Source: a virus
Virus record (IMG/VR): IMGVR_UViG_3300036761_001580
Span: 133,198-197,197 of that record
Reading direction: 5' to 3' (one strand)
DNA length: 64,000 nt
How positions within the stretch are numbered: position 1 is the first letter of the stretch; every line of letters begins with the position of its first letter. The position numbers were made by a program, and so were the translations under genes. The notes under the pieces are model-generated. The model saw only the letters and a list, made by a program, of their open reading frames with translations. It was not told the origin of the DNA and made no database searches. Positions 27,608 to 37,032 of the stretch are shown here, piece by piece.

Positions 27608-27635
27608 ATCATAACCATGGCTGTGGGACTGTCAA
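27608..27635 (-). promoter_or_regulatory. candidate sigma70-type promoter: TTGACA -16 nt- TATGAT, upstream of the lipoprotein gene
   Basis: Minus-strand read: ccccacTTGACAgtcccacagccatggtTATGATataggtg. ~45 nt upstream of the lipoprotein SD/ATG. Confidence 0.45.
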
Positions 27636-27645
27636 GTGGGGAAAA

Positions 27646-28104
27646 TCACGGTGTGGGGGAGGCGTCTTCAGACTTCGACTCTCGTCTTGTAGCCCCCAAC
27701 TGGGCAGCAGCGAGCTGCTGGATTCCGGAGGCAACCATGTTGACCACGAAAGCGTTTTTCGAGAGGCCACCGCGGCGGGAGAAGTCCACGATCATGTTGT
27801 GAAGGGGTCCTGGGAAGCTGATGAGGAGCTTCTTGGGGGTGTCGGGGGTGTAGGCTCTCCCCGTGGGGCTCCAGTGGCGCGTTCCGTGCTTCGTCCGGTC
27901 CTCCACGACCCCGTGCTCTCGGAGGCACCGCAGGTTGTTTCCCACCTTCGACAGGGAGTAGTTGATGCCGTGCTGCATCATGATGACCTTCTGGACCATC
28001 TCGGTGGACACCCAGTCGTGCTCCACACGGAGAGCCTCCAGTGCGGCGAGAATCCGCTCGCGCAGCAGGTCACGAATCTCCGTCGTCGTAGCCGCAGAAA
28101 CCAT
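27646..28104 (-). CDS. transcriptional regulator with C-terminal ribbon-helix-helix (CopG/Arc/MetJ) domain
   Basis: C-terminus KKLLISFPGPLHNMIVDFSRRGGLSKNAFVVNMVASGIQQ fits the RHH strand-helix-helix pattern (GLSKNA matches the CopG GLSKSA). Promoter plus palindrome immediately upstream. Confidence 0.65.
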   Translation of the reverse strand: MVSAATTTEIRDLLRERILAALEALRVEHDWVSTEMVQKVIMMQHGINYSLSKVGNNLRCLREHGVVEDRTKHGTRHWSPTGRAYTPDTPKKLLISFPGPLHNMIVDFSRRGGLSKNAFVVNMVASGIQQLAAAQLGATRRESKSEDASPTP

Positions 28105-28117
28105 TTAGGCCTCCTGG

Positions 28118-28132
28118 TCTCCACAATGGAGA
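28118..28132 (-). promoter_or_regulatory. inverted repeat TCTCCA-ttg-TGGAGA (candidate operator) between promoter -10 and the regulator gene SD
   Basis: Perfect 6-bp arms with a 3-nt spacer, read on the minus strand at plus 28118..28132. Located 13 nt downstream of the -10 and overlapping the region upstream of the SD caggagg. Confidence 0.4.
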
Positions 28133-28144
28133 TCCAACACGTAC

Positions 28145-28173
28145 TATATAGCAAAGGAGGATCGAGATGTCAA
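28145..28173 (-). promoter_or_regulatory. candidate sigma70-type promoter: TTGACA -17 nt- TATATA upstream of the RHH regulator gene
   Basis: Minus-strand read: cctcgTTGACAtctcgatcctcctttgcTATATAgtacg. Perfect -35, 5/6 -10, ideal 17-nt spacer, in the 87-nt gap after the 1580-aa gene. Confidence 0.5.
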
Positions 28174-28191
28174 CGAGGTTCTAAACCACAC

Positions 28192-31100
28192 TTACGGCTC
28201 GCCAACCCAGGCGAAGGGGCTGGTCATACCACCCTTGCCGTGGTAGCTCACAAAATTGCACTCGACGTCGTGCGCGTAAACACAGATGCCCCAAACCGGC
28301 CCCGGGAAAGAGGCATCATGCATTGGCATATAAACACGCGCACGAGAGGTGCCAAATCCTGTCTGCCCCTGATACGGATACGCATGTATCGCATTTCCAG
28401 TGAAGTACGCTCGACTAACGAAATTCGAGGCTTCGTCCCCCCAAGTATAGGAGACATAGATCACGTAAGGTGCGAGCGCAGGAGCAACCCCGCCAAACCC
28501 CACAGCCTCTTCATTAAAGGAGTAGGTCCAAGGACCTACCTGCTGAGTACACGAAGTGTAAAAAGTGTTCCCTGTGATGGTGGCGCTGAGCTGATCACCA
28601 CCCGCGTGATCAAAATCTCCATGATGCGTAATGAACAGGGAGTGCAACGGCGTCTCGGTCGTGCCCTCCTGTTCGAACCTGTCATCGAACATGCAGCCCT
28701 TAACCGTAAGGGTGCTCTTCACCCCGGTATCTTCGTGTCCTGCATTGTAGTAAACCAAGTAAGCCCTTGGCGCTGAGCCAGCCCCACCTTCAACCGTCTC
28801 TACCGACGCGAACATTTTGCAGCCTTCAATGAAAACATCCCGACAGTAGAACAAACGGATGCACGCACTGCCGCCAAAAACGTCCTGAGGGGCACCTACG
28901 CCGAATAAAAAGAGAGTGCAATCCTGAATTGTGATGCCGTTGCTAGGGGGATCACTATCTCCACCCACAGCGATGCAGTGAGAGCCATCACCAGCGTAGA
29001 GAAGCTCATTATGCGCATCGACCCTGATCGTGTTCCCCCGAACCACAGTATCCCTCTGAGGGTGCAGAAGGTAAAGACCAAGACCCGTAGAATAAATGAC
29101 GTTGTTCGCTATCAAAGTGAACAACAGGGGGGAAACGTAGGCACCAATCTTCCTCCCGAACAAGACATTATCCGAGATAATGAGGTTGTTGCCGACCGCG
29201 AAAAGAGCCTGGCCCTCCGCAGTGTCAGAACCGTCAATATAAATCGAGTTCCCACTAATTACACCGTGAGACAGAGCCTTCAAATCAGCAATTCCGTAAA
29301 TGAAGGTCGAAAGGTTGGCAGGGTGCACTGTAAAGAACACCTGATTCCTACAGATGGACACGAGGTCCAAATAGTTTGCAGCACCCTCCACGCAGATGCC
29401 GTGAACGGCCCCCGACGTAGAGACCAGAGTGGTCATCATGTTGTCGTTGATCTCGAAGGACTTCGCCGGCCCAGAACCAACGTCGATGTCGAGCCAGACC
29501 GCGTAGACGTTCCCGTTGGAGCCCAGTCCGGCTACGACGTTGCGCGACACGGACACGCCTTGCAGAGCAGAATCCGCAGCCTGCAAGTCCGAGGAAATGC
29601 CGATCCCCACGAGGTTGCCGCCCATGAAGAGCCCTCCATTGAGGCCCTTCACCATCGTGTAGATGGTGTTGTCGTTGATGTTCAACCCGTAAGCGGCGTT
29701 GAGAGCACCGAACGAATTGATCACCACGTCGATGCCAACATGCCCTATCAGGGTGAGCTTGTTGCCCGAGAGCGTCACGTCGTAGCACTCCCCCCGCTGG
29801 AGAATGCCGCCACCGAGGGTGTTGAGGTAGTTGTTCGTCACCGAAGACGCGGTCATGTCCTCGATGTACAGCCCCACGGCGTACTGCGCAGTAGGAATCG
29901 AGTACCCCGAAATCACGTTCCCACCGACATCGGCCATCCAGATGTCGTAGAGGTGAATCCCGATGACCGAATTCACCGCACCCGTGGCGTTGCCGATGCG
30001 GATGTAGTTGTTCTTGATGGCGATCTCCCTGGACTGGAAGGGTGCTACAGAGGCCACCCTGATCCCACCAGAGAACGAGAAGATCAAGTCGCCGGAGTCA
30101 GGGACCACGATCACGTTGTCGGAGATCACCGAGCCCGTGAGGTTGTAGATCTGAATCGCGGCCAGTGTGTAGACCGGAACGGCGAAGATCTTGTTCCCTG
30201 TGATGGTCCAGGCGTTGTACCCGTTCGTCGCAGTCGCCCACGCCGCGAACAGGAGCACACACCCGGCGAGGGTGTTGTTCTTGATCGTGACGAAGTCCAT
30301 CTGGGTGGCAGCGCCCGGGTTCGCTCGGAGGAAAGGACCCCCGCGGGAGCCCACGAGGCAGTTCTCAACGGTCGTGTAGTCACTCAGGCTGATGAGTGGA
30401 ACCGAGTTGTCGTTGTAGAAGCTGAGGTCCGACACCTTGCAGCCCTTGCTCAACAGCCAGGACCCTTCGGGGTCGATGACACCGGAAGCCCTGACCAGGC
30501 ACTTCGCTGGTGTGTTGAATCCTCGCGTCCCGCGAACGTTCACGTACTCGGGCTGGGTGATCTGGAAGCCGATCTCCGCGATGCCGGTCACCGTGACGGT
30601 CACCGAGCCCCCGTTCTCTGTACCTGCGATACCAGTGTACATCGAGTACCGGGCGTACTCGAACGCCGTGAACAGGTTGTCGTACGCCGCCTGGGAGTGA
30701 ACCACCGCGGTGGCGGAGATTCTGGAGGCCACGGACCAGGGATCGTCCACTCGGTTCACGTTCTGCGTGAAGTCGACGATCCTCAGAGGATCGATGTCGG
30801 TCGCATCGGTCACCAAGCAGTAGAGCAGGATGCCCCTCTCTGGAGCGTCTCCAGCGTCCGAGTAGTGATAATCAAAAGAGACTGCGGGAACGTCCTGGGT
30901 GGACCCCAGGACATACCTCATCGCCGCCTGGAGGTCTCCACCGAAGGTCCCTGTGACGTTGAGGATGTGATACACCCCGGCCATGTCCGCCCAGACCAGC
31001 TGCACTGCACTTGGCACCGCAATGAGGCTCTGCGTAGACTTCACCGAGATTCTCTGACCCCGGCAGTAGAAAGACCCGCCGTTCACGGAGATGTTGAAAC

Positions 31101-32931
31101 CGGCACCCCCGTAGGTGTACTGGAACTCGTTGTACACACCATTCCTGCGAAGAAGCGCTCCGGACCGACCCAGCTCGTTGTTCGGCAGGTACGCCAAGTC
31201 CTCCAGAGCCCAGGTCGCCATGTTCTCGGTGCCGGTGTTACCCCAGATGCGCTTGTCGACCGCGTTCCGGTTGGCAGCCAGGGGGTGGTACCCGAGGACC
31301 CACTTCACCGACACGGCATCGTACCAGTACGAGAGAGCCCCGATCTGCATGAACTGGTTCGAACCGTCCGTCAGCGACGAGAAGACCGTGATGGTGTCCG
31401 TGGCCGTGCCAGGAGCCGTTGGCAAGGCCTCATCGGGAACGACGCTGGGGTTGGTGTTCACCCAGAGATCGATCCAGTGCTCGCCGTCCGCAGAGTACAG
31501 ACGTATCGCTTGCGACGGATCCGACAGTGGGGTGAAAGAGACAGGTTTTCCACCATCCCAAGTAAACACTCTCGGAGTAAAGGGGCCCGGAATCGTCGTG
31601 CAGGTCAACGCGAAGCTCCCGAAGGGGTAGTTCGGGCTCATGTCGACGATCCAGGTGCCCGTCACCAAGCGCCCCGCGGGGTAGGCCGCCTTCTGATGGC
31701 ACTCCACGGTCGCTTCGTCCGAGACGCAGATCTCGTAGAAGTAGGCCGACTGCACGACCGGCGGAAGGATCGGCACCGACAAGAACTGGTCGATGTCGTT
31801 CAGCTTGATGCCGTTGATGTAGTAGAGGTCCCCACCTGTGGGAGGGACCAGGTTGAAGGTATCCGCTCCCGGGTTGTTGAGCACCGTGATCTGGAACAAA
31901 GACGGCGCGGAGCCCCTCCAGATGCCGTTGCAGTGGAGGACATCCTGGTGCTCGTCGAGCAGAGAGAACGACTCTCCCGAGAAGTCGTCCAGAGAGTTCC
32001 CGTGAGGATTCTGTGGGCTGACCACGCCCGTGCCAATGTAGTTCCTGTGGAGGTGATCTTCCGCGCTCAGCCGCGGCATCTCCTGGAAGTACAGGTTGAA
32101 GATCGTGATGGTCTCCGTGAGAGTCGTAACGACCGTGAAAACCGGAAGAACAGCCAACGCGACCTTGACCACGATGGACTCGCCGGCACCATCGAGCAGC
32201 GTGTAGTTCCCGTCCGCGGGGATCGGCACCATAGCGCCGGCACCGTTCGAAGTGGACCAGGTGAGCTGATACGTCGGAGGTGTTCCCGGGGTGAAGTTGT
32301 ACGTCAAGGTTCCGGCCCCGAGAGGGCTCCCCGCGGACGCCGAAAGGATGTCCACGCCAAGGACCACCGCGCACTTCCGCGGGACCGTGTACATGATGTT
32401 GTTGAAGGTACGAGGGCTCTCGATGCTGCTGGGAGTCAACGCAACGCCCACACCATTCGCAGTGATCTTCGCGAAGAAGATGATCCGATCCTGCGCGTCG
32501 TTCGCCAGGTTCTCATCCGAGGCCGGGAGCAGCGCGTACTGCGCCGCGCTGTAGATGCGAACCCTCCACGCCATCTCCGACCGGGTGAAGTACCTCTCCC
32601 CGTCACTCTCGTGGGGCTGACGGTAGGAGTCCGCCTCCGTGTACACGAGGCACACGTAGTTCACGACGCCCACGGCGTAGTCCGCGAGCGCGATGCTGTA
32701 GTACGGGCTGTCCGTCTCGATGTACTCGCCGTTCGGAGCGAACCCCGAAGCCTGCATGACGTCGATGCGGGTGTTGTCGAGCAGATTCACCGTGACCAGC
32801 CCGCCGCTGAAGACGCCGCGGCAGGTCCAGTCGACACGGTTTCGAAGGATCTCTTGAGCCTTGGTCAGCTCCGTTCGACGAAGAGCAACCTGATCAACAG
32901 TCACGCCATCCGGGTACTTGGAACCGCGCAT
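28192..32931 (-). CDS. giant tail fibre/tailspike-like protein with right-handed parallel beta-helix (PbH1) repeats, ~1580 aa
   Basis: Many PbH1-like repeats (ISDNVIVVPDSG, IKNNYIRIGN, VSGNKLTLIG, INDNTIYT, ISGNSIYIDG, ISDNVLFG, IANNVIYS, VRGNTIRV). Start set to ATG 32931 with AGGAGG 5 nt upstream (the track starts one codon earlier on TTG). Last large gene of the tail module. Confidence 0.7.
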   Translation of the reverse strand: MRGSKYPDGVTVDQVALRRTELTKAQEILRNRVDWTCRGVFSGGLVTVNLLDNTRIDVMQASGFAPNGEYIETDSPYYSIALADYAVGVVNYVCLVYTEADSYRQPHESDGERYFTRSEMAWRVRIYSAAQYALLPASDENLANDAQDRIIFFAKITANGVGVALTPSSIESPRTFNNIMYTVPRKCAVVLGVDILSASAGSPLGAGTLTYNFTPGTPPTYQLTWSTSNGAGAMVPIPADGNYTLLDGAGESIVVKVALAVLPVFTVVTTLTETITIFNLYFQEMPRLSAEDHLHRNYIGTGVVSPQNPHGNSLDDFSGESFSLLDEHQDVLHCNGIWRGSAPSLFQITVLNNPGADTFNLVPPTGGDLYYINGIKLNDIDQFLSVPILPPVVQSAYFYEICVSDEATVECHQKAAYPAGRLVTGTWIVDMSPNYPFGSFALTCTTIPGPFTPRVFTWDGGKPVSFTPLSDPSQAIRLYSADGEHWIDLWVNTNPSVVPDEALPTAPGTATDTITVFSSLTDGSNQFMQIGALSYWYDAVSVKWVLGYHPLAANRNAVDKRIWGNTGTENMATWALEDLAYLPNNELGRSGALLRRNGVYNEFQYTYGGAGFNISVNGGSFYCRGQRISVKSTQSLIAVPSAVQLVWADMAGVYHILNVTGTFGGDLQAAMRYVLGSTQDVPAVSFDYHYSDAGDAPERGILLYCLVTDATDIDPLRIVDFTQNVNRVDDPWSVASRISATAVVHSQAAYDNLFTAFEYARYSMYTGIAGTENGGSVTVTVTGIAEIGFQITQPEYVNVRGTRGFNTPAKCLVRASGVIDPEGSWLLSKGCKVSDLSFYNDNSVPLISLSDYTTVENCLVGSRGGPFLRANPGAATQMDFVTIKNNTLAGCVLLFAAWATATNGYNAWTITGNKIFAVPVYTLAAIQIYNLTGSVISDNVIVVPDSGDLIFSFSGGIRVASVAPFQSREIAIKNNYIRIGNATGAVNSVIGIHLYDIWMADVGGNVISGYSIPTAQYAVGLYIEDMTASSVTNNYLNTLGGGILQRGECYDVTLSGNKLTLIGHVGIDVVINSFGALNAAYGLNINDNTIYTMVKGLNGGLFMGGNLVGIGISSDLQAADSALQGVSVSRNVVAGLGSNGNVYAVWLDIDVGSGPAKSFEINDNMMTTLVSTSGAVHGICVEGAANYLDLVSICRNQVFFTVHPANLSTFIYGIADLKALSHGVISGNSIYIDGSDTAEGQALFAVGNNLIISDNVLFGRKIGAYVSPLLFTLIANNVIYSTGLGLYLLHPQRDTVVRGNTIRVDAHNELLYAGDGSHCIAVGGDSDPPSNGITIQDCTLFLFGVGAPQDVFGGSACIRLFYCRDVFIEGCKMFASVETVEGGAGSAPRAYLVYYNAGHEDTGVKSTLTVKGCMFDDRFEQEGTTETPLHSLFITHHGDFDHAGGDQLSATITGNTFYTSCTQQVGPWTYSFNEEAVGFGGVAPALAPYVIYVSYTWGDEASNFVSRAYFTGNAIHAYPYQGQTGFGTSRARVYMPMHDASFPGPVWGICVYAHDVECNFVSYHGKGGMTSPFAWVGEP

Positions 32932-32956
32932 CAAAGCCTCCTACGTTAGCCCCGTG

Positions 32957-33439
32957 CTACCACCAGGCCCATCGGTCGTTCGGGCCATCTTTCCACGAGG
33001 TCCTCGGTATTTTTACCGGTTGTCCTGCACACTTACGAGCCTCCACTTCGAAACGATTGTCGTAATACGAATGGAGTTCTTTCTTGAAAATGTACAAGCG
33101 CACGCATTCAAGAATGTACACCAACGGGAATAGGATTCCTAAAAGGTACCACTGGTGGCAATGCGCAACCTCGTGAGCCAAGGTCCGCCTCCAGCGCTTG
33201 CCCACCACGTCCTTGATGAAGACGTTGTTCCCCACAGAGAAGCCGGCCCAGCCGCGGCCCTCCATGGTCTTCTTCTGGAACCAACCCCAGTTCTTCAGAT
33301 CCCAGACAAATGTCCAGTCCTCCTGAACCTCGATGGACTCCACCTGCCAGGTCAGAAGCAGGAACAGGCCGAGCAGCCACCCGAAGACGGACATCGGAGC
33401 CGCCCAGAAGAACCCGAGAATGCACTTCGCTTTAGACAT
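32957..33439 (-). CDS. small membrane protein with HExxH motif (~160 aa, start trimmed)
   Basis: Hydrophobic segment ILGFFWAAPMSVFGWLLGLFLLLTW. HEVAHCHQW motif. Located between the two fibre-like genes. Confidence 0.45.
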   Translation of the reverse strand: MSKAKCILGFFWAAPMSVFGWLLGLFLLLTWQVESIEVQEDWTFVWDLKNWGWFQKKTMEGRGWAGFSVGNNVFIKDVVGKRWRRTLAHEVAHCHQWYLLGILFPLVYILECVRLYIFKKELHSYYDNRFEVEARKCAGQPVKIPRTSWKDGPNDRWAWW

Positions 33440-36400
33440 TCGTGAGCCCTTGGAGGTACGGTGTCGCACCATGAATGTGGAGACCCTTGAGCACCACGGA
33501 CCGAATCCTGAAGTCCCGCAGGTCCCTGATGCTGCTCACAGACAAGCGGAGCTGGTGAACGACATGTCCGCCAGCAGGCTGGTGCACCGTGACGTTCTGG
33601 TTTCGAGAGATCTCGGACCAGGAGGCCGCCAGGCACCCTGGAGAGTTCACGCCTGAACGGTGCTCGAACTTCACCGTCAAGCTGCTCTTCGGGTAGATGC
33701 GCTGCTCGCCATGCGTCAAAAAATACTGCGCTCCGTCAACAAAGCCTGTGGGATCCAGCTCCACAGTGAAAGGATCGATGAACCTCCAATTGATGGGCGA
33801 AACCTCCACCCGCCCCTCAACGGCCTCGTAGTAGAGCGCAGAATTCGTCTTCACCATGTCCGACCGCCGGGGCAGTCCTGCTCGACCAAGCTCCCGACTG
33901 AAGTACACGGGCACGGTGTTCTGCAAGGAAACGGGGTCGTGCTCCATGCGATCCCAGAGCATGTAGTCGGCCAGCCACATGTAGTCCTGGAACAGCGACC
34001 CGAGGTCGATCAGCGGCGTGGTGATCTGGAACAGAGGGTTGTAGTTGATCGAGTACACCGCTGCGGGGTTGTAGTCCGCGGGGTTGATGATCAGCACCTG
34101 ATTCGAGCTGTTGAACTGCCAAAGATTATTCGGAACAGGAAGGTCACCCTCGAACAGAATCGCTTCGGTCTGGTCCTGGTCGGATTCGTAGAGCAGTGAC
34201 GCCGTGTGTGGTGGAATTCCCGCAAAAGCGAGCAGCTCACCCGCCACCGGAAGTATCGTTGGTGTGAGGTACGAGTAGCGAAAGGGCATCGCCGGGTAGA
34301 TGTCGAGATTGATCAGGGTTGCCAGTGTGAAATCGACTTCCGAGATCGACCCTTTCAGGTTGATCGGAACCCCTCCCGAGTCGTACTCGGTCGCATCGAA
34401 GATGTCGATGGACTCGTGCGCCGGAGAGATCCAACGGGTGACTCCCTGATCTGTGCTGATGTCCGAGATCGCAACGATCTTCGAAGACACCGCGGCCGGA
34501 GGAGTTCCAGTCAAAATAGGTAGCGCCGAGATCACAACATCGATGTCGAGGAAGGTACCATCCGGAGATGCCACTGTGTAAGGGCCGTCGCTCAAAACAA
34601 CGATCCAGCCAAGACCCACGCCCCAGGCTCCCGAGGACGAACCCCACCGCAGCCTTTGGCTGGGGCCCGCGCTGTTGTACTCGTACTCAAAGGTTCCATT
34701 CCCGGCCGGAGTATCCATGGAGACCTTGGTGATGAGCACGCCTGCGAAGGGACTGTTCCGATCCGCCTCCTTGTGCTGCAACCCCAAGAACTTCTGCTCG
34801 ACCGTAGTCAACGGTTCTGGAGACCACAAGTAGACCAGCTCACCGAAGAACTGCCGGTGTCGGCTACGCGCCACCGTCGTATCTCCCAGAGCACGAGACG
34901 TGATGTACTTGACGTCGACATGTGGAGCGTCCACGGAAAACGAGATCCCTGGAACACCCTGCGCAGCTCGGATGCGAACCCAGACGTTGTCCGCGGTCAC
35001 CTCCGCCGGGATGATGGCCGAGAACTCCAGGTAGGTCGGATCCTCCAGCCCCGCGCCGGCCGCGTCCGCAGCCACGATGACAGGAACGCCGGCAACCCAC
35101 GTAGCCCCCGCATCGAAGGTGAAGCTGAGGTCTACGGAAACCAGACTCGCCGTGTGGCTCAGGAACCACGCCGAGAACTTCACCTCGAAGCCTTCGTAGT
35201 CGTACAGAAGGCCTGGGTTCTTCTGTGGATACAGCCCGCCCTTGTCGGGCTGGGGGTTGGGGTACTGGAGCACACGACCGTACAGCTCGACGTCGGAGGC
35301 CGCAGCGTCGGAGTACAGGTAGCGGAACGCCGTGCAGGGCTTGTAGTCGCTCTCACGGTCCGTATCCACCATAGAGGGCTGGAAGACCCCTGTAGCGCCC
35401 GCGTTCCACGCCCCTACCCACCACCAGTCCGGAGCCTCGGGATTCGCCGGAGAGGCATCTCCGGTGACGGCAACAACGTCCCAGATGGGGGCCGCCGGGA
35501 GCAAGGACTCCGTGATGTACACGTACAGCCCTTCCGTCTCCATGACGCGCTTCGCGGTGCGACTGTAGTTCACCGAGAACAAGAGCGGCTGCGTAATAAA
35601 CACCGCTCCATAAGTCGGGATGTCCTCGATGATGCAGTGGATCTCCAAGGTGTTCCCGAGAGCGTCCGTGAGGATGTACACCCCGTCGTCAGTAAGCGTG
35701 ACCCACCCGAGCAGCGGGGGCCAAGAACCTCCGGGAGATGCCCACCGCAGCCTCTGCGTCGGTGGGGAAACCGCGCCGTTGTACTCGTACTCCAAGACAG
35801 AGTCCGTCGCGATGTCGATGGGCCCCGTGATCTTCCGAAACGTCACCCCATCGAGGACACCGGACTCTGCGAACACCAAGTCACCGGGATCATTCCCGAA
35901 CAACTCCAACGCGGCGTTACGAGGTCCGGGCTCGATCCGAATCCAGTCCGCCGCGTAGGAGAGCATGAGCTTCAGGTTGTAGGAGGAGGCCACAACGACG
36001 CCCATCCCGAGAGGCCCGTTGATGAACGCAACAAGTTGTGCCACCGTCGGCGCAGGGTACCCCGGGCACAGGCTCAAGTCGATGACCACTGTGCCAGCGC
36101 CGATGTTCAAGTACAGCATACGCTTCGTCAAGCTGAGCAGGAACGGCCCCGCAAGACCCAAGATGAAGGGATCCACAAGAGACGGTGGCCCGGGAATAAA
36201 GAGGTCTCCCTCAGTCGCCGGAACCCACGGACCTGGTCCGAAGCTACCCCAGCGAATCGACTTCGTAGGAGGATCATACTGGACCGCTCCCGCGAAGGGA
36301 CCTTCGAGAACGTCGGACTCCACACTCTTGAGGGACACCCCCGAGATACCCCCTCCGAAAAACGACAGATCACAAGACCTCTTCAAGAAGCGGTGGTTCG

Positions 36401-37031
36401 CCAGCATGGACTGGTCGAGTATCCAATTCGGACCCCAGAACCGGCGCGCGTAACCGAAAGGGGGCACCTGAGTGATGGCGGCAACAGCGGATTCAACACC
36501 ACGGACTTTCCCACCGTAGTCCCTGAAAGCGTTCCGCATCTCGTGGAGCATCCACCTGTAGGAATCGAGATCCTGGCCGTAGATGTTGTAGATCTCCAGA
36601 CCCTGACCGAAATGATCCTCGATGCCGTTGACACCCACGCGCTCGATAGCAAGATCGTTCTGGGTCTCCTGCCAGTCGTCATCGATGCTCTCGAAAGCCT
36701 CCGCGTACGAAATCAGCCAGATGGCGTACTCGCGAGTCGTGAGCCAGCTGCTCAGAGAGGTCCCCAAGGTCAAGTTGGTCAGGTAGATCTCGTTGTCACC
36801 GAGAGCCAGATGCCGGCTGAAGACCACGTTCCCTTCGCTGTCGGAGGTGACCGTTCCCTCGTACACCTCGTTGATCTTGAGACTGTACACGGTGTCCGGA
36901 TAGTCGGCCTTCAAGCGGATGTCCGTATTGCCTTGACGATAGGGAATCACCGTCCCGCGAGACTCGTAGAAAGGCCCGCTGATGATCGACTTGATTAGGT
37001 CCGCGTAGCGGTTGACACCCACCAAGGCCAT
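33432..37031 (-). CDS. large tail fibre/baseplate-associated structural protein (~1199 aa) with three internal repeat domains
   Basis: Three ~65-aa repeats share YEYN(G/S)A..P(T/S)QRLRW(A/G)S..G.W. Start trimmed to MALVGVNRYADL (37031), adjacent to the upstream stop. Position after the J-like and I-like baseplate genes matches a Mu S / P2 H-type fibre. Confidence 0.6.
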   Translation of the reverse strand: MALVGVNRYADLIKSIISGPFYESRGTVIPYRQGNTDIRLKADYPDTVYSLKINEVYEGTVTSDSEGNVVFSRHLALGDNEIYLTNLTLGTSLSSWLTTREYAIWLISYAEAFESIDDDWQETQNDLAIERVGVNGIEDHFGQGLEIYNIYGQDLDSYRWMLHEMRNAFRDYGGKVRGVESAVAAITQVPPFGYARRFWGPNWILDQSMLANHRFLKRSCDLSFFGGGISGVSLKSVESDVLEGPFAGAVQYDPPTKSIRWGSFGPGPWVPATEGDLFIPGPPSLVDPFILGLAGPFLLSLTKRMLYLNIGAGTVVIDLSLCPGYPAPTVAQLVAFINGPLGMGVVVASSYNLKLMLSYAADWIRIEPGPRNAALELFGNDPGDLVFAESGVLDGVTFRKITGPIDIATDSVLEYEYNGAVSPPTQRLRWASPGGSWPPLLGWVTLTDDGVYILTDALGNTLEIHCIIEDIPTYGAVFITQPLLFSVNYSRTAKRVMETEGLYVYITESLLPAAPIWDVVAVTGDASPANPEAPDWWWVGAWNAGATGVFQPSMVDTDRESDYKPCTAFRYLYSDAAASDVELYGRVLQYPNPQPDKGGLYPQKNPGLLYDYEGFEVKFSAWFLSHTASLVSVDLSFTFDAGATWVAGVPVIVAADAAGAGLEDPTYLEFSAIIPAEVTADNVWVRIRAAQGVPGISFSVDAPHVDVKYITSRALGDTTVARSRHRQFFGELVYLWSPEPLTTVEQKFLGLQHKEADRNSPFAGVLITKVSMDTPAGNGTFEYEYNSAGPSQRLRWGSSSGAWGVGLGWIVVLSDGPYTVASPDGTFLDIDVVISALPILTGTPPAAVSSKIVAISDISTDQGVTRWISPAHESIDIFDATEYDSGGVPINLKGSISEVDFTLATLINLDIYPAMPFRYSYLTPTILPVAGELLAFAGIPPHTASLLYESDQDQTEAILFEGDLPVPNNLWQFNSSNQVLIINPADYNPAAVYSINYNPLFQITTPLIDLGSLFQDYMWLADYMLWDRMEHDPVSLQNTVPVYFSRELGRAGLPRRSDMVKTNSALYYEAVEGRVEVSPINWRFIDPFTVELDPTGFVDGAQYFLTHGEQRIYPKSSLTVKFEHRSGVNSPGCLAASWSEISRNQNVTVHQPAGGHVVHQLRLSVSSIRDLRDFRIRSVVLKGLHIHGATPYLQGLTNV

Positions 37032-37032
37032 G

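Noticed and set aside
28978-32949. Very long plus-strand ORF (1323 aa) and many other long plus-strand ORFs (e.g. 34656..36998, 42474..44420, 55552..57627, 17035..18636)
   Set aside because: They lie antisense to minus-strand genes with clear motifs. Their translations are Arg/Gly/Pro/Val-rich low-complexity, typical of wrong-strand reading in high-GC DNA, and contain no recognisable domains. Treated as artefacts.
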